Shown here: one piece after another, positions 1-12,764 of the stretch
How the letters are laid out: every line of letters starts with the position of its first letter
Position numbering within the stretch: the stretch's first letter is position 1
NCBI GenBank assembly: GCA_963833425.1
Contig: CAWHXP010000008.1
Coordinates: forward strand, 308,578-372,577
Length of the DNA stretch: 64,000 nt
From: an uncultured Methanosarcinaceae archaeon
GTDB lineage: Archaea; Halobacteriota; Methanosarcinia; Methanosarcinales; Methanosarcinaceae
Reading direction: 5' to 3'
Position numbers and translations under genes: made by a program
The notes under the pieces: model-generated
Seen by the model: only the letters and a program-made list of their open reading frames with translations
Database searches by the model: none
What the model was told of the DNA's origin: nothing

Positions 1-286
1 GTTACAGTCATATTCCATTTCTCTCATGAACACGTCTGCATCTCTATTCTCTGAGCCGGTCAGGAATTCGCCGAGAACACGGATTTTAAGGTAGAATCAT
101 ATCCATAAATTAAGGTAATGAGAAAATGCGATAATTGTTCAGTTTTCCACAGATGTATATCAAAATGCCATCAATTTTCTCAATATAAAAGTGGCTCAAA
201 AATTAATCTAACTTTAATACTAATATTGTGCAAATAGGAAAATAAATTAGACATGTATTTACATCTGCAGAGTATAATTTTTACCA

Positions 287-1327
287 CTATTCTAAAATGG
301 GTGTCCCATAGGTATAATCCTCGAGTTCTAGGACTATTTTCCATAGCTCTTTGCATTCACAATTCATTTTACTCAGGTCTGCTGGATTCTGGGTAAGTGA
401 GAAAGTTCTGAGCGAGTCTGCGACATCTGAGCTACATAGTTTACAGTTGTGAGGGCCACGTTTTGAGCCTGCACCCACTGGGTCGGACATAAGTATGAGA
501 TCCGGATGCGCAGCTTTCGCCTTTTCCAGAATTTCTACGATGCTCCAGAGCCATGGAGGACGATATTGTCCTTTTTCCCAGAGAGCTTCAACGAGGGTGC
601 CTTTCTGCACGTTGCAGAGGTTAATAGAAATTGTGTCAGCATAGGGAGCTGCATCATCTATGGAACTAACTATATCTTCTAAGGCCTGACGTTCGGAAAG
701 GAAGGGAGGTTTTAGCATCAGATAAGCTTTTACGGTTGAACCATGTGCCTTTGAAATTTTTGCTGCATAAACAAAATCTTGGAAGGTAAATCCCTTGTTA
801 ATTGAATCTATGCGAATGATGTCAGAGCTTGTTTCCAGTCCAAATGCTAGCTCAAATGGAATATTTATTAGAATATTTATACAGTCTAGTACATTTTCTT
901 CGGTTACAAAGTTAGGCCGGGTTTCTACGAGCACCTTGATAACCCTGGGATCATCAGCGAGAGTTTGGAGAATTGCAGTTCTTACTTCACGAGGGACTTC
1001 ATTTTCGTCAAGGAAACTACCTGATGTGAAGATTTTGACCATGAACCGTGAAAATTTGTCAGCTTTTTTCATCGCTATGGAAAGTTGGGTTTGGTAATCT
1101 TCAAGGGTCGGTGGGTCACTTGCGCAGTCATAAACATAGCCACACATGGTGCAACCTCCAGCTTTTCCCCAGCTGCAGCCTATACTTTTAAAAATTACAG
1201 TGAGAGTTTTTATCTGGATCCCGTTTACAATGTCGATACCTGTCCAGCATGCTGACGGTTCAGTCGTAGGAGAGGGTTTTATTTTAATTCTCTGCCGGAT
1301 TTTTATTACTTCTTTATTTAGAGTCAT
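287..1327 (-). CDS. Archaeosine biosynthesis radical SAM protein RaSEA (TIGR01210-like)
   Basis: CSWGKAGGCTMC Fe-S motif, VKIFTSGSFLD, ETRP, YRPPWLWS, GSKRGPHNC; ATG at 1327 preferred over GTG at 1342. Confidence 0.85.
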   Translation of the reverse strand: MTLNKEVIKIRQRIKIKPSPTTEPSACWTGIDIVNGIQIKTLTVIFKSIGCSWGKAGGCTMCGYVYDCASDPPTLEDYQTQLSIAMKKADKFSRFMVKIFTSGSFLDENEVPREVRTAILQTLADDPRVIKVLVETRPNFVTEENVLDCINILINIPFELAFGLETSSDIIRIDSINKGFTFQDFVYAAKISKAHGSTVKAYLMLKPPFLSERQALEDIVSSIDDAAPYADTISINLCNVQKGTLVEALWEKGQYRPPWLWSIVEILEKAKAAHPDLILMSDPVGAGSKRGPHNCKLCSSDVADSLRTFSLTQNPADLSKMNCECKELWKIVLELEDYTYGTPILE

Positions 1328-1429
1328 GGGCAAAAAACTCACTGAATTGCTTGTTTGAATCTTGCAGAAATAGATTTAAGATCTTTTTTAGTTTTATTTA
1401 TTGTATACTTTATTCACTGACACTGTTTT

Positions 1430-2347
1430 TCATTCGAATTCGATTGTTGCAGGCGGCTTGGGTGTGACATCGTAGACGACCCTGACAACTGTCGGGATCT
1501 CGGAAGTTATCCTAGCTGCTAGGTGCTTGAGCGCGTCCCAGGAGAGTTCTAAAGCTTCTGCAGTCATTCCATCTCTTGATCCGACAGCCCTCACAGCTAC
1601 GATCCATCCGTAAGCTCGGATATCTCCTTTTACTCCTGTCCCCTTACCGATCACTGCAGCGAAAGTTTGCCAGGGGCAAAACCTGTCAAGAAGTTCCTCT
1701 TCTACTATAAGATTCGCTTCCCTTACGACCTCAAGTTTCTCCTTTGTAACTTCTCCGATAATCCGCACAGCCAAACCTGGACCAGGGAAAGGCATCCGGT
1801 CACAAATTTCTTCAGGTAGCTGTAGCGCCCAAGCAACTTTCCTCACCTCATCCTTGTAAAGGTCTTTTATAGGCTCAACGATCTTCTTGAAGTCCATCAC
1901 TTTAGGGAGTCCTCCAACATTGTGATGCGACTTGATGCCGCCTTCTGTCTCGATCCTGTCAGGGTAGATAGTGCCCTGAATCAGATAATCAGCTGCAATT
2001 TTCCTCGCTTCTTCTTCAAACACCCGGATGAAAGTCTCGCCTATAACATTCCTTTTTTCTTCAGGATCGGTTATATCTTTCAAAGCTGCAAGGAATCTGT
2101 CCTTTGAATGCACAATATCCAGATTCATGTGTGAAAAGACGTGCTTTATCCGTGCTGTTTCTCCTTTTCTCATGAGTCCTGTGTCAATATAGATCGGCTG
2201 CAACCTTTCTCCGATAGCCCTGTAAGCTAGCTCCGCGCAAACTGAGCTGTCCACACCGCCTGAGAGCGCGATAATTGCTCTATTACCTTTTATTTCCTGG
2301 CTGATTTCTTCAACTGCCTTTGGAATGAATTTATCAGGGTTTAACAT
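1430..2347 (-). CDS. guaAB: GMP synthase (glutamine-hydrolysing) subunit B, ATP pyrophosphatase
   Basis: SGGVDSS PP-loop, [22 protein letters not shown]-terminal KPPATIEFE. Confidence 0.97.
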   Translation of the reverse strand: MLNPDKFIPKAVEEISQEIKGNRAIIALSGGVDSSVCAELAYRAIGERLQPIYIDTGLMRKGETARIKHVFSHMNLDIVHSKDRFLAALKDITDPEEKRNVIGETFIRVFEEEARKIAADYLIQGTIYPDRIETEGGIKSHHNVGGLPKVMDFKKIVEPIKDLYKDEVRKVAWALQLPEEICDRMPFPGPGLAVRIIGEVTKEKLEVVREANLIVEEELLDRFCPWQTFAAVIGKGTGVKGDIRAYGWIVAVRAVGSRDGMTAEALELSWDALKHLAARITSEIPTVVRVVYDVTPKPPATIEFE

Positions 2348-3579
2348 CAAATTACTCCTTTCAGTGGATATCCTTTGAAGAAGTGATCATTAGCTGGGAA
2401 TGCTATGAGATCTATCTGGAGTTGATCGTATTTTATATTAATATATGTGTCATTGCATTGGATTTTTGATATTTAAAGGTATAGTAGGGAAACTTTTTTA
2501 TGATGAGCATCATTTTTTTAACACCTGCAATAATAATAAATAGTATTTCGGTAAATTCTTAGCAATTGATTATTGGGAATTTTAAATCTTTTAACTATAA
2601 TCTTAAGTCATTAAAATTCTCGCTTATTTTATTTTTAAGAGATAATGTAAACTTTTTTCATAATTTTGAGACAAACTTGATGAAGTTGATTCTTTAATTG
2701 ATTAAAAATCTGTTCATATAATTTTTGAGTCCTTCTGTTTTAATAAAACAGTTTTCAGAGACAGACTGGAACCTGTCTCTATCATCATGCTAAAAATACT
2801 TGTTTCAAGAGTGGAATGATTTTTAAGGCTTTTAACTTGAGAAACAATATTGTTCGAATTCTTTATGAAAATTTGTTGGTTTTCCTGAGTACAGATCAGA
2901 AAGTAACATGTCTGGTCTTTCAAAAAAAATTATTGATAACGACAAAGAAGAAAAAGAATATAGGGACAGTTGCAAAGCCAACTTATTTTCTTAGTTTGAA
3001 AATAAATAAAATTGATTACTGATGCTACTTTTATTCATCCAGATCCTGGCTATGCAAAAGCAGATAAACCCGAGAAAATGAAAAGCCAAAACAAGGAGAA
3101 GCAAATACTGGACCCAGAAAAAGGGGGTCAAATATAAAATTAGCGAGAAAAAACTGGACAGGTTTCAAGCGGTGAAAAAATTGGAGGTAAATCAGAATTC
3201 TCTTTAGCATGAAATTTTTGTTCCATTTTAACATCTTTGAGATCCAGTTTTACATACAGTACTAAATATTTAGCCATAATCATTATAATCTGTGAAGTGT
3301 GATACCAAAAATTTGATTCAAACTTGAAAAAATACGGACCAAAAAAACGAAGAATTTGATTTCAAATAGAATCATATAATTTGGTTAAAAATTTGTTGAA
3401 AAAATATTACTTTCTCATTCCTCTAAAATATGAAATTTTCCTTCCAAAATGAAAATGAATTTGTCAAATTATCGATGTTAAATAGAACTGGAAAATGAAA
3501 ATAGAAATTAGGAAAATTGAACTGAAAAACAAGTCCTAATGGCAAAATAATATAAAGGTTGTAAGGTTAACTTTACGAG

Positions 3580-5067
3580 TTATCCTTTCAAACACTTCAA
3601 AAGAAATTCACGTACAGTTTTCGCATCTGCAGTGCCTTTTGTTTTTTTCATAACCTGCCCTACTAGAAAATTCAGGGACTTTTCTGCACCACCCAGGTAG
3701 TCCTGTACTGCGTCAGTGTTTTCAGCGATAGTTTCGGCAACAACCTTACTAACGAGATCATCTTCAGCTTTGAATAGGTTTTTTTCTTCTATAATCTGGG
3801 ATGGAGATTTCTCTTCTTTGCCATCCAGGATGCTACGAATGACCTCAACCGCAGATCTGTCACTGATTTTGCCTTCGGCAAAAAGGGGAACCAGTTCTAC
3901 CATATCGGAGACCTTAAAGGAATTATCTATTCCCGTGCTTTTTGTATTGATGAAGAAAATTTTCTTTCCATCGTAAGAGGAAATTACAAGGTCACGGTAA
4001 TTTAACTCACCGAGTAAAACATCGGCAGTCCAAGTAGCTGCAATTTTCGGATCCACACCTTTTGCACAGATGCTTTCATAGAAGTCGGCGAGCATTATCT
4101 TTGATGTGAGGGCTCTGGCATGCATATCAGTGATAAAGTACTCTTCCATGAAACGAGCACGTTTTGCGTCTGGAAGTTCAGGAAGCGTTTCCCTGACTGA
4201 AGGAATCCACCCAGTCACACGCGTGGGCATAAGATCAGGCTCGAGGAAGTAGCGGTAGTCCTCTGCTTCTTCTTTTGTCCTCAAGGAAATTGTCACGCCT
4301 CGCTCCTCATCATAGTGGCGAGTCTCCTGAATGATTTTTCCTCCGTGGCGGATTACGTTCTTCTGACGCATAATCTCATATAGAAGGGCTCTTTCAACCC
4401 CTTTATGGGAAGAAATATTTTTGATTTCAACGCGGGTGCCCCAGTAAACAGAAACGTTTGCATCCACACGCATTGCCCCTTCCAGATTTCCATCAAAAAT
4501 ATCCAAATATTCAAGGATGTTCCTGAACTTGTCAAGGAACCGTCTGGCTTCCTTGGGGGTTCGCATGTCGGGCTCTGTGACGATTTCAATCAAGGACATT
4601 CCTGACCTATTGTAGTTTATGAGAACTCCTTTGGACTTTTCAATGCTTCCCAAGTGAACAAGCTTGCCAGGGTCTTCTTCCATATGAGCTCTGATGATCC
4701 CAATTACTTGCTCCCCATCTTCTCCTTCGATCACTACTTTTCCCTTGCTTACTATTGGGAAGTCGTACTGTGTGACCTGAAAACCTTTTGGAAGGTCTGG
4801 GTAGAAATAATTCTTTCTGTGAAACTGAGTCTCTTCAGCAATTTCTCCTTCAAGAGCGAGCCCTACCTTAATTGCGGCTTCGACAGCTTTTTTGTTCAGA
4901 ACAGGAAGCGTCCCTGGCAAGCCCAGGCAAATAGGACAAGTATGAGCGTTAGGAGCTGCATTGTGATAATCAGAAGAACAACCACAGAACATTTTGGTCT
5001 TAAGCTTGTTTAGCTGGACATGAATTTCGAGACCAATTCGGACACCTTCAGCGTTTTCATAGACCAT
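3580..5067 (-). CDS. gatB: Asp-tRNA(Asn)/Glu-tRNA(Gln) amidotransferase subunit B
   Basis: IGLEIHVQL, KNYFYPDLPKGFQ, HMEEDPGK, DYRYF, FLVGQVMK. Confidence 0.98.
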   Translation of the reverse strand: MVYENAEGVRIGLEIHVQLNKLKTKMFCGCSSDYHNAAPNAHTCPICLGLPGTLPVLNKKAVEAAIKVGLALEGEIAEETQFHRKNYFYPDLPKGFQVTQYDFPIVSKGKVVIEGEDGEQVIGIIRAHMEEDPGKLVHLGSIEKSKGVLINYNRSGMSLIEIVTEPDMRTPKEARRFLDKFRNILEYLDIFDGNLEGAMRVDANVSVYWGTRVEIKNISSHKGVERALLYEIMRQKNVIRHGGKIIQETRHYDEERGVTISLRTKEEAEDYRYFLEPDLMPTRVTGWIPSVRETLPELPDAKRARFMEEYFITDMHARALTSKIMLADFYESICAKGVDPKIAATWTADVLLGELNYRDLVISSYDGKKIFFINTKSTGIDNSFKVSDMVELVPLFAEGKISDRSAVEVIRSILDGKEEKSPSQIIEEKNLFKAEDDLVSKVVAETIAENTDAVQDYLGGAEKSLNFLVGQVMKKTKGTADAKTVREFLLKCLKG

Positions 5068-6495
5068 TTATGCCACCTCAAAGGGTCTCTTTGTGTGGTA
5101 ATCAGTACTCTGCTCAAACGTGTACGCAGCTCTTAGGACAGTAAGCTCTTCAAAGGGCTTCCCTATTATCTGAAGCCCAATTGGAAGACCATTAGTGAAA
5201 CCGCAAGATATGGAAATGGATGGTACGCCTGCAAGATTTATTGGGCAGGTATTCACATCTGAGAGATAGAGAGTTAGAGGATCTTCAATTTTCTCCCCGA
5301 TCTTAAAAGCAGGATTCGGCATAGTCGGAGCCATTAAAAGGTCAATTTTCGCAAGAGCTTTATCAAAATCCTGTTTTACAAGGGTTCTTACCTTTAAAGC
5401 TTTTAAATAATATTTATTGTGATAGCCCGCAGAAAGAGCATAAGTTCCTAGAAGAATTCTTCTCTTCACCTCTGCACCAAAGCCCTCAGCTCTTGTCTTT
5501 GAAACCATAGCATTCCAGTTTTCGCCGCTCTTTCTAAATCCGTAGCGTGTTCCATCAAAACGTGCTAGGTTCGAGGAAGCCTCACTCATGGCAATAATAT
5601 AGTACGAAGCAAGAGCATACTGTATATTCGGCATTGAAACCTCTTCCCAGGTCGCTCCAAGACTCTCATATTTGTGTATAGAATTCCATACCGACCTTTC
5701 AACATCTGGGTGAATACCTTCTCCAAAAAACTCTTTTGGAATCCCTATCTTCAGTCCTTTAACATCATTTACCAAGGCTTTCTGATATGCTATTTTACTG
5801 TCAATTGAGGTGGAATCTCTGCGATCATAGCCTGCAATAACATCCATAAGAATTGCGATATCTGTCACGTTGTTCGCAAGAGGACCTACCTGTTCGAGGG
5901 AATTTGCATAAGCAATCACTCCGTACCTGGAAACTACCCCATACGTTGGTTTGAGGCCAACAACGCCGCAGAAAGCTGCCGGGCAACGCACAGATCCACC
6001 AGTATCCGAACCAAGCGCAAAAGGTGCTTCTCCTGCTGCAACAACAGCTGCACTGCCTCCAGAAGACCCTCCAGGTACCCTCTCAAGGTCCCAAGGATTT
6101 GCAGTCGGCCCGAAATAGCTGGTTTCCGTAGAGGAACCCATTGCAAATTCATCCATATTTGTTTTTCCAAGGATTATTGCGCCTGCAAGAAGAAGCTTTT
6201 CTACAACATGAGCGCTGAATGGTGGGATATAGCCCTCAAGAATTCTCGAACCACAGCTATTTGGTAGCCCTTTTACGGAAATATTATCCTTTATCGCAAT
6301 TGGCACACCAGCAAGAAAACCATCTTGTCCTTCATTATCTATTTTTTTTGCCTGCTCAATTGCTTTTTCAGAAACTGTTATGTAGCCATTAATTTTGCTC
6401 TTTTTTATAACTTCCAGGTAACTGGATACGACTTCTTCGGCTGAGCTTTCTTCGATTTGTTCTTTAACTTGTGCAACACTCATCCATTTTGCCAT
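5068..6495 (-). CDS. gatA: Amidotransferase subunit A
   Basis: Amidase signature [30 protein letters not shown]; abuts gatB. Confidence 0.98.
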   Translation of the reverse strand: MAKWMSVAQVKEQIEESSAEEVVSSYLEVIKKSKINGYITVSEKAIEQAKKIDNEGQDGFLAGVPIAIKDNISVKGLPNSCGSRILEGYIPPFSAHVVEKLLLAGAIILGKTNMDEFAMGSSTETSYFGPTANPWDLERVPGGSSGGSAAVVAAGEAPFALGSDTGGSVRCPAAFCGVVGLKPTYGVVSRYGVIAYANSLEQVGPLANNVTDIAILMDVIAGYDRRDSTSIDSKIAYQKALVNDVKGLKIGIPKEFFGEGIHPDVERSVWNSIHKYESLGATWEEVSMPNIQYALASYYIIAMSEASSNLARFDGTRYGFRKSGENWNAMVSKTRAEGFGAEVKRRILLGTYALSAGYHNKYYLKALKVRTLVKQDFDKALAKIDLLMAPTMPNPAFKIGEKIEDPLTLYLSDVNTCPINLAGVPSISISCGFTNGLPIGLQIIGKPFEELTVLRAAYTFEQSTDYHTKRPFEVA

Positions 6496-6507
6496 CAAAA
6501 CCTCTCC

Positions 6508-6789
6508 TCAGCCAATTTTCGGAACCCTGAAAGCCCCATCCTGTTCATATTCGGTATTTACAAGAGCAATTTCCTGTGGGAGGCATTCCTCTATCACATC
6601 CTCTCTGAACACATTATAAATCTCAGCTACATGATAAGTGGGGATTATATATTCGGTTGGCAATTCATCAAGCTGTCCGAAGTATTCCAATACTGCGTTA
6701 AGTTTTTCCATGAATTCGACCTTTTCCTGCTCGTCGATGTCAATACGAGCAAGCCAACCAATATGTTCTACATCTTCTTTTGCGATCAT
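6508..6789 (-). CDS. gatC: Amidotransferase subunit C
   Basis: MIAKEDVEHIGWLARI...FRED...GAFRVPKI; first gene of gatCAB; ATG at 6789 follows GAGG. Confidence 0.93.
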   Translation of the reverse strand: MIAKEDVEHIGWLARIDIDEQEKVEFMEKLNAVLEYFGQLDELPTEYIIPTYHVAEIYNVFREDVIEECLPQEIALVNTEYEQDGAFRVPKIG

Positions 6790-8100
6790 AAAATTCCTCA
6801 AAAATAGAGTGATCTTGAATAGACTGTCGTTGGTACTGCATAATAGAAACAGGTTAATGAATAAATATATATTCATCTCCCAAATCAAGCTACCCAAGTT
6901 TCGATTCAGAAATCTTGGTACTTTTACCCATTAGCTTTTTCAAAAGGCCTACTATTGACACTGTGATCAAATTTCTGGCAGGCCAACTAAAATAGTGGTA
7001 AATGCCATTTTTCTCTTTTCTCCCTTTGAGGAGAACTACTTTGTTATTTGAAATTCCAAGTCTTCTTTCTCAACTGAATTTCGATTCTGTATCAAGATTT
7101 TCTTTCACTCGCTAATAGAACTCTTTTATTTACTTGAGGTGTTATGCCTTCAATCCCCTGTTGAAATTGTACATATGGGCCTCAGTCATTTTTGCCAGAT
7201 AGAATACTTTTTCAAATTAGTCATCTGTAAAATGCTGAGCTTCGATTTACCATTGTCTACAGTTTTATTGAATATTTAGTACATCAGACTAATCTGGGAA
7301 GAGGGGACAAGCCTCTTGAGATGTCAACTGCATCAAATGATACCCGATTTAAAGCTATCAGATAAGTGCAAAAATTGTTAGAAGAACCCCGTGTCGTCAA
7401 AATCATTAATCCTGAAGAAATGTTCTTTTCCATCTATAAGAATAGCTTCGAACCTTCTTTTCTAGATTTTGATGCTATCTTAATTTCCGAATTTAATCCT
7501 ATAGCTTTCATAATGCTCTAATTCCCTCATTGTTGAATTATTCTATGCTAAGGAGTCCAAACTTAAAGATTTCCATAACATCAGAGATACAAAAAACGTT
7601 ATGCGCCTTTTGCACTTTGATGGAGTATCATGGTTGCAGCTTATCCCAAAAAAACTATAATGTTCATTCCCTGTTTCATAGAGCGCATAGAGATACTTTG
7701 AGTACCCGATGAAGCAAAGTACAACTATCCAAAAGTTCTTAATATTTTATTCCATGATGAAAGCTTTCTGCAGATCTCTTGACTCTACAACCAACTACAT
7801 AGGATCTAAAATATCAAAAACGAAAATTGTTCAGGTTATACTTTTTAAATTTATATAAGATTCAATTATATCAAAATAGTCTTTCTTCATTAGGATAACA
7901 AATGATGACATTTTTAAGATGATAGAGCTCAAAACTAAGTTCAAGACATTTCTTTTGATCCCATAATATCCCATAAAGGATTTCGAGAAACCTCTGATTT
8001 TTCTTGAATCACTTATATACCAATCATGAGCATATGACGAAGTTTAGGAACTTATCGAAAGCTTTTATATTCCTAGTTTCTTTATAGATTATTTTCTGTG

Positions 8101-9000
8101 TTAGGTTTCTAAAAGGTTGTTCTGAGATTCTAGAAATTGTTGCTTTAGTGATTTAAAAAGTAACGGCAACTCCTCCTTTAGTTGTATGAGGAATTCTTCA
8201 TCTGATTTTACATTATAAAGCGCTCTCACTTTAGATAGCTGGTCAATTGATAAATTGAGAGTCCCCGTAAGATTAGCTCCTTCAAGGTTAGTTCCTTCAA
8301 GTTTAGCCCCGAACAAGTTGGTTCCTTGAAGATTGGCTTCTTTGAGGTTAGCTCCGGTAAGGCGCGATTCTACAAGATTTGCTCCGTAAAGATTAGCTTT
8401 TATAAAATCAGTTCCTTCAAGGTTAGTTTTTCTTAAATTAGCTCCTTGAAGTTTAGTTTCTCTAAAATGAGCTTTTTTAAGATTAGAACCCTTTAGATCA
8501 GCTCTTTTAAGATCAGCTAAGTGAAAATCAGCTTCTATCAAAGATGTATATCTAAAATTAGCTCCTCTAAGGTTAGCTTCTTCAAGATCAGCTCCATCAA
8601 GGGCAGCTCCTTCAAAGCTAGATCCTTCAAGATCTGCCATAAAAAGATTAGCTCTTTCAAGGGTAGCTCCTTCAAGTTTCGCTCCTTTAAGGTTCGCTCC
8701 TTGGAGATTAGCCCCTCTAAGGTTAGTCATATTCAGATTAGCTCCTCTAAGGTTAGCCATAAAAAGGTTCACACCTTGTAGATTAGCTCTTTTAAGATTA
8801 GCTTTTTCTAGTTTAGTCCCCACAAGGTTAGCCCCTTCAAGTATAGCCCCATCAAGATTAGCTCCTTCAAGGTTAGTTTCTCTAAGATTAGCCCCCCTAA
8901 GATCAATTTTTTCAAGGTTGGCCCTTTCAAGGTTAGTCCTTTCAAGGTTAATTCCTTTAAGATTAGCCCTCGAAAAGATAATTTCCCCAAGATCAATCAC
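8101..9000 (-). CDS. Pentapeptide repeat protein
   Basis: Long run of A(N/D)Lxx pentapeptides (15-nt DNA periodicity) with non-repetitive C-terminal cap NLSIDQLSKV..LY. Confidence 0.92.
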   Translation of the reverse strand: MIDLGEIIFSRANLKGINLERTNLERANLEKIDLRGANLRETNLEGANLDGAILEGANLVGTKLEKANLKRANLQGVNLFMANLRGANLNMTNLRGANLQGANLKGAKLEGATLERANLFMADLEGSSFEGAALDGADLEEANLRGANFRYTSLIEADFHLADLKRADLKGSNLKKAHFRETKLQGANLRKTNLEGTDFIKANLYGANLVESRLTGANLKEANLQGTNLFGAKLEGTNLEGANLTGTLNLSIDQLSKVRALYNVKSDEEFLIQLKEELPLLFKSLKQQFLESQNNLLET

Positions 9001-9179
9001 ACAATAACCTCTTCCTTTATCACGAAATATTTACTTCATTTATTTTTTTATCAATTATAAATGTTTGTAATTCAAGAAAACAATGAGTTTATAACAATAT
9101 AAATGGTTACGAAATAGAATTAAGAAATGTATGTGTGGTCATCTCGGTATTTCTGATGATTTTGTCCCAGCATTTCTCC

Positions 9180-9541
9180 ATTTTTGATAGAATATAACTT
9201 TCAGGGGTGACTGTGACTCCTATAGGGGCTGATCGGCGTTAATAGTGGCTATAAAATTGTTTATTGCTATGTCAATTACGGATACATCGTTGTTGACGTT
9301 GTTAGCCACACATACTCTGTTCCCGCTGGGTTAACTGCGACTCCATAAGGATTGGGGCCTACAAGCACATTGACTGCTAACCATGTTTATTGCAGTATCA
9401 ATTACAGAAACATTGTTGTTGCCCAAGCTTGTTATATATGCAACTGGCTCTGCTCCTGCGGAACTCACCAGCCCTAAAATCGTGCTACTGAAACTAATCT
9501 ATAGAATACTACTTTTTTTATTTATCGTGTATTTTCCCCAT
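9180..9541 (-). pseudogene. YVTN beta-propeller surface-protein remnant
   Basis: Fragments LGLVSSAGAEPVAYITSLGNNNVSVIDTA and VGPNPYGVAVNPAG, VYVANNVNNDVSVIDIA across frameshifts and stops; ends approximate. Confidence 0.75.
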
Positions 9542-10762
9542 TTTACTTAGATATTCTTTATCGGGGAAAAAATTAGAAGATGTTTTATTCTGTATAGAAT
9601 ATTTATCAATCTGCTTTTTAGTATTGTAGCATTGCTAGCTTTTGATATCATACCAACTAGTATTTGTTATAACAACAAAATTTTTTATCTTCCCACTCAT
9701 CCAGTTATTTTTGATTCAAAATTTCTATAGGGTATATATGTATAGAAATTTTCGATAAACTCAAATCCTTATTGATTGTGATGGCTAAAATGTGCAATTA
9801 TTCATTAATCATTTTAAATTAGTTATACAAAAATAGTTTCTGAACAAAACTAACTTCCTCATTAAATAGTTTAAAATCTTAAAATAATTTTATATTAATT
9901 ATGGTATATTAGCTCAGAAGATTTTCACAAATTTAACATTGAGCTTTTTCCTAAAAAGCAACCCAGACTAATATTATATAATATTCTTTATCCACTAGTG
10001 CTCAATTAGCTGACCGGTATATTAAGTATTAAGTTTCGAATTAAAATTATTGCAGGTTTATGTATCTAGTAGGTCTGCTATAACCACCTAATTGCAGAAA
10101 AGAAAAAAAGATGAGATGACCTCTGCTCATTTATCGAAATACCAGAGAATCAATAAGAAAATTCATCTCATTGTCTAAATACTAGATTTTTTGGAAAGTC
10201 ATAAATCAATTGAAATACAGATCGAAATCTAGAGAATTTCGATGAATTATGATTTCCCACCAGCTACTTCTATACCATCCATATGCATATGACAAATTCT
10301 AGAGATTTATCGAAATCCCCAAAGAATAATGAAGAATAAAAGAAAAAAGAAGTTAAATACAGAAATTAGCTGGGAAGACTTGGGCATGATTTTCCAACAG
10401 AGAAGTGTCAGAGATAAATCTGAATATTCTGAAATATACATATAAGAAACTGGATAACATAAAATGGTATTATTAATAGTACTGAAACAGTAATCAAAAA
10501 AGGCGATCAGGGTATGGAGTAGATTTTGCTGAAAAGTATGAATGCTACCCTTTTTATAATTCTCGGGTTTTTTACTGATTACAGCCAATAGCTACAGAAT
10601 TAATGGAAAAGTTTGGCGACTATCTAAAATATTTTACTCGCTTTGTCCAGCTTACTCTAGCTCAGTTAGAAAAACCTCAAGTAAGTCTGAATTTCTTTAA
10701 ATATTACAAGATAATCCAACTCTAAATTCATTTACGTCCATATCCTAAGGAAGGAATTAAAA

Positions 10763-12196
10763 ATGGCTATGAAACCAAGAATCACAGAATCTCCACGTGT
10801 TCGTTTGATTGACCTTAAATCAAAACCTTTCTTTATAGTAGCTTCCGTAGAAGTAGGAAACACTACAACGAAATCCATTCTTACAGCTACCAATATGGAT
10901 ACTTGCAGGACCTACATAATAAACAAGATAGTTAGGATGACAAGAAATGTCCGTCCTCCAAAACATGGTGAAGTAATATTCGGGAAGACGCTTACAGGTG
11001 TAGAACTTACTCGTGAATCAGTCGCAGATCTAGTGCGCGCTACACTAACTGAATCGATGGAAGAAGCTAACCTAGATATAAAAACCGATCTAAATTTTGT
11101 TGTCCGTTCCACTGGTATAGTTGCTGGTTTCGATTCCCCCGATGAAGTTGGTGAATTCATCAAAGGTCTGGCAGATGGTTGTCTTATGGCAGGAGTCCCA
11201 CCAAAAAATATGACACCTCCGATGTCGATTTCAAATATTACTCCAAAGCTTCAGAAATACAGCAAATTGGATAAAGTAATCTTTGATGGTGCTGTAGCCG
11301 GAGTAATTCCTCCTATAGGCTCTACTGGTGTTGAAATTGTTGCAAATGAAATGGAAGGGGAGCTTGCGACAGCAGGAATTAAGGAAGCAGCCAAACTTAC
11401 AGATGTAGATTTTAGGAATCCCTGTATTTCGATCGATTTCGGTACAACTCTTGACGGCAGAATCACAAGCTTTGAACAGCCGTACGCAAAAACTATTGGA
11501 AACTTCTGCGGTTATGCAGGGGCAATTCCTGATGCTATTATTCGAGGATCGAAAATAGTAGATCCTAAAGTGGGTACTGCTCTCGAAGTTTTTGAGAAAC
11601 AGAAATCACCGTCTATTCTCACCTTGAAAATAAAATCTAAAACTATAAAGGCTTATGCAAAGCGCATCCATGAACTTATTATAATAGAAAAAGTTCCAGT
11701 GGATAGAAAGAGGTATGGAAGCGTGCCTGTAAGGCCAGATGCAGCCGAGAAGATAGATGTGACACTCATAGGCTGCGATGTAGGTGAAAACGGTACAGAT
11801 ATGTATAAGCTTAGTGCTATAGGAACGGAAATATTTAAGATCCACGGACTTCAGGTTGTTTACGCTATTATTGACGAGGTAATGGCAGGGGTGGCGTGCA
11901 GACTAATCGAGATTGCGAGAGAAGAGAACCTTATTTTTAAAGATACAACTATCGGAATTACTGGTAGATCCGGCATTACAGGGAATAAACCCAAACTGAT
12001 TCTACAGTGCCTTAAAAAAATGAACCTTGCTCCTAAAATAGATGAACGGGTAGTTTTTACAGATGATGGGCTTGCAAGAGGTGCAGCTGTGATGGCCCGT
12101 TGTATGAATTCTCTGGGTTCGTCACAAAATCCTCTCGGCGGCAGCCATGGGGGGAAATGCATTCTTACACAAAGGATGAAACTACAGGAAAAATGA
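10763..12196 (+). CDS. Methanogenesis marker protein 14 (actin/ASKHA-like fold)
   Basis: VASVEVGNTTTKSI, VVRSTG, VANEMEGEL, DFGTTLDGR, DDGLARGAAVMARCMNS. Confidence 0.9.
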   Translation: MAMKPRITESPRVRLIDLKSKPFFIVASVEVGNTTTKSILTATNMDTCRTYIINKIVRMTRNVRPPKHGEVIFGKTLTGVELTRESVADLVRATLTESMEEANLDIKTDLNFVVRSTGIVAGFDSPDEVGEFIKGLADGCLMAGVPPKNMTPPMSISNITPKLQKYSKLDKVIFDGAVAGVIPPIGSTGVEIVANEMEGELATAGIKEAAKLTDVDFRNPCISIDFGTTLDGRITSFEQPYAKTIGNFCGYAGAIPDAIIRGSKIVDPKVGTALEVFEKQKSPSILTLKIKSKTIKAYAKRIHELIIIEKVPVDRKRYGSVPVRPDAAEKIDVTLIGCDVGENGTDMYKLSAIGTEIFKIHGLQVVYAIIDEVMAGVACRLIEIAREENLIFKDTTIGITGRSGITGNKPKLILQCLKKMNLAPKIDERVVFTDDGLARGAAVMARCMNSLGSSQNPLGGSHGGKCILTQRMKLQEK

Positions 12197-12764
12197 TATA
12201 AGAAATAGTGATTCAATAAAATGATTTTCAAAAATAAAGACTTTTAATACCTTGCAGGATCATAAAAATTAGACATTAATTTCAATGGCAATCGGCTGAA
12301 ATCCATTAAAAATTCAGAAATGATAAAAATTCTCACTGTGGATTTTAGCGATCTCAGACGATTTAAAAGCCCGAATTAGACAGAAACGTACATTTCGTAA
12401 TGTATAGAATAGGTTTCATAAACCTGTTTTATTCATACAATTAAAAAATTAAATTTTGTTTTTTTGATTTTTGGCATTTATCGGGGGTGTCAATGAAAAC
12501 AATTTTTGACTGTTATGTATGAAGTGATAAGCAATTTGTTGAAGGTGGTGGTTTATCGAAATTCTCTATCATTTTCAGAAAATTTATAACCGAAGAATTG
12601 TGTTTGTTTTATAAAAAACTACTGTATTAATTAATATGATCAATCAAATTTAGGTTGCAATGTCTCACATGCACTATTTTGAGTCCAAATTTGAAGAAAA
12701 AATAATAAAAATTCCTAAAAAAGTAAATGTAAAACCTGAAGGTTATTAATATGAATGAAAAAAG

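Noticed and set aside
1..105. Minus-strand reading frame running off the window start (..IRVLGEFLTGSENRDADVFMREMEYDCN)
   Set aside because: Too short and start unclear; cannot assign
6940..7760. Possible degraded gene or transposase upstream of gatC
   Set aside because: Looks coding-like on the minus strand but no family motif could be recognised
8101..9000. Periodic DNA repeat as a CRISPR or non-coding array
   Set aside because: 15-nt periodicity is explained by pentapeptide coding; no repeat-spacer structure
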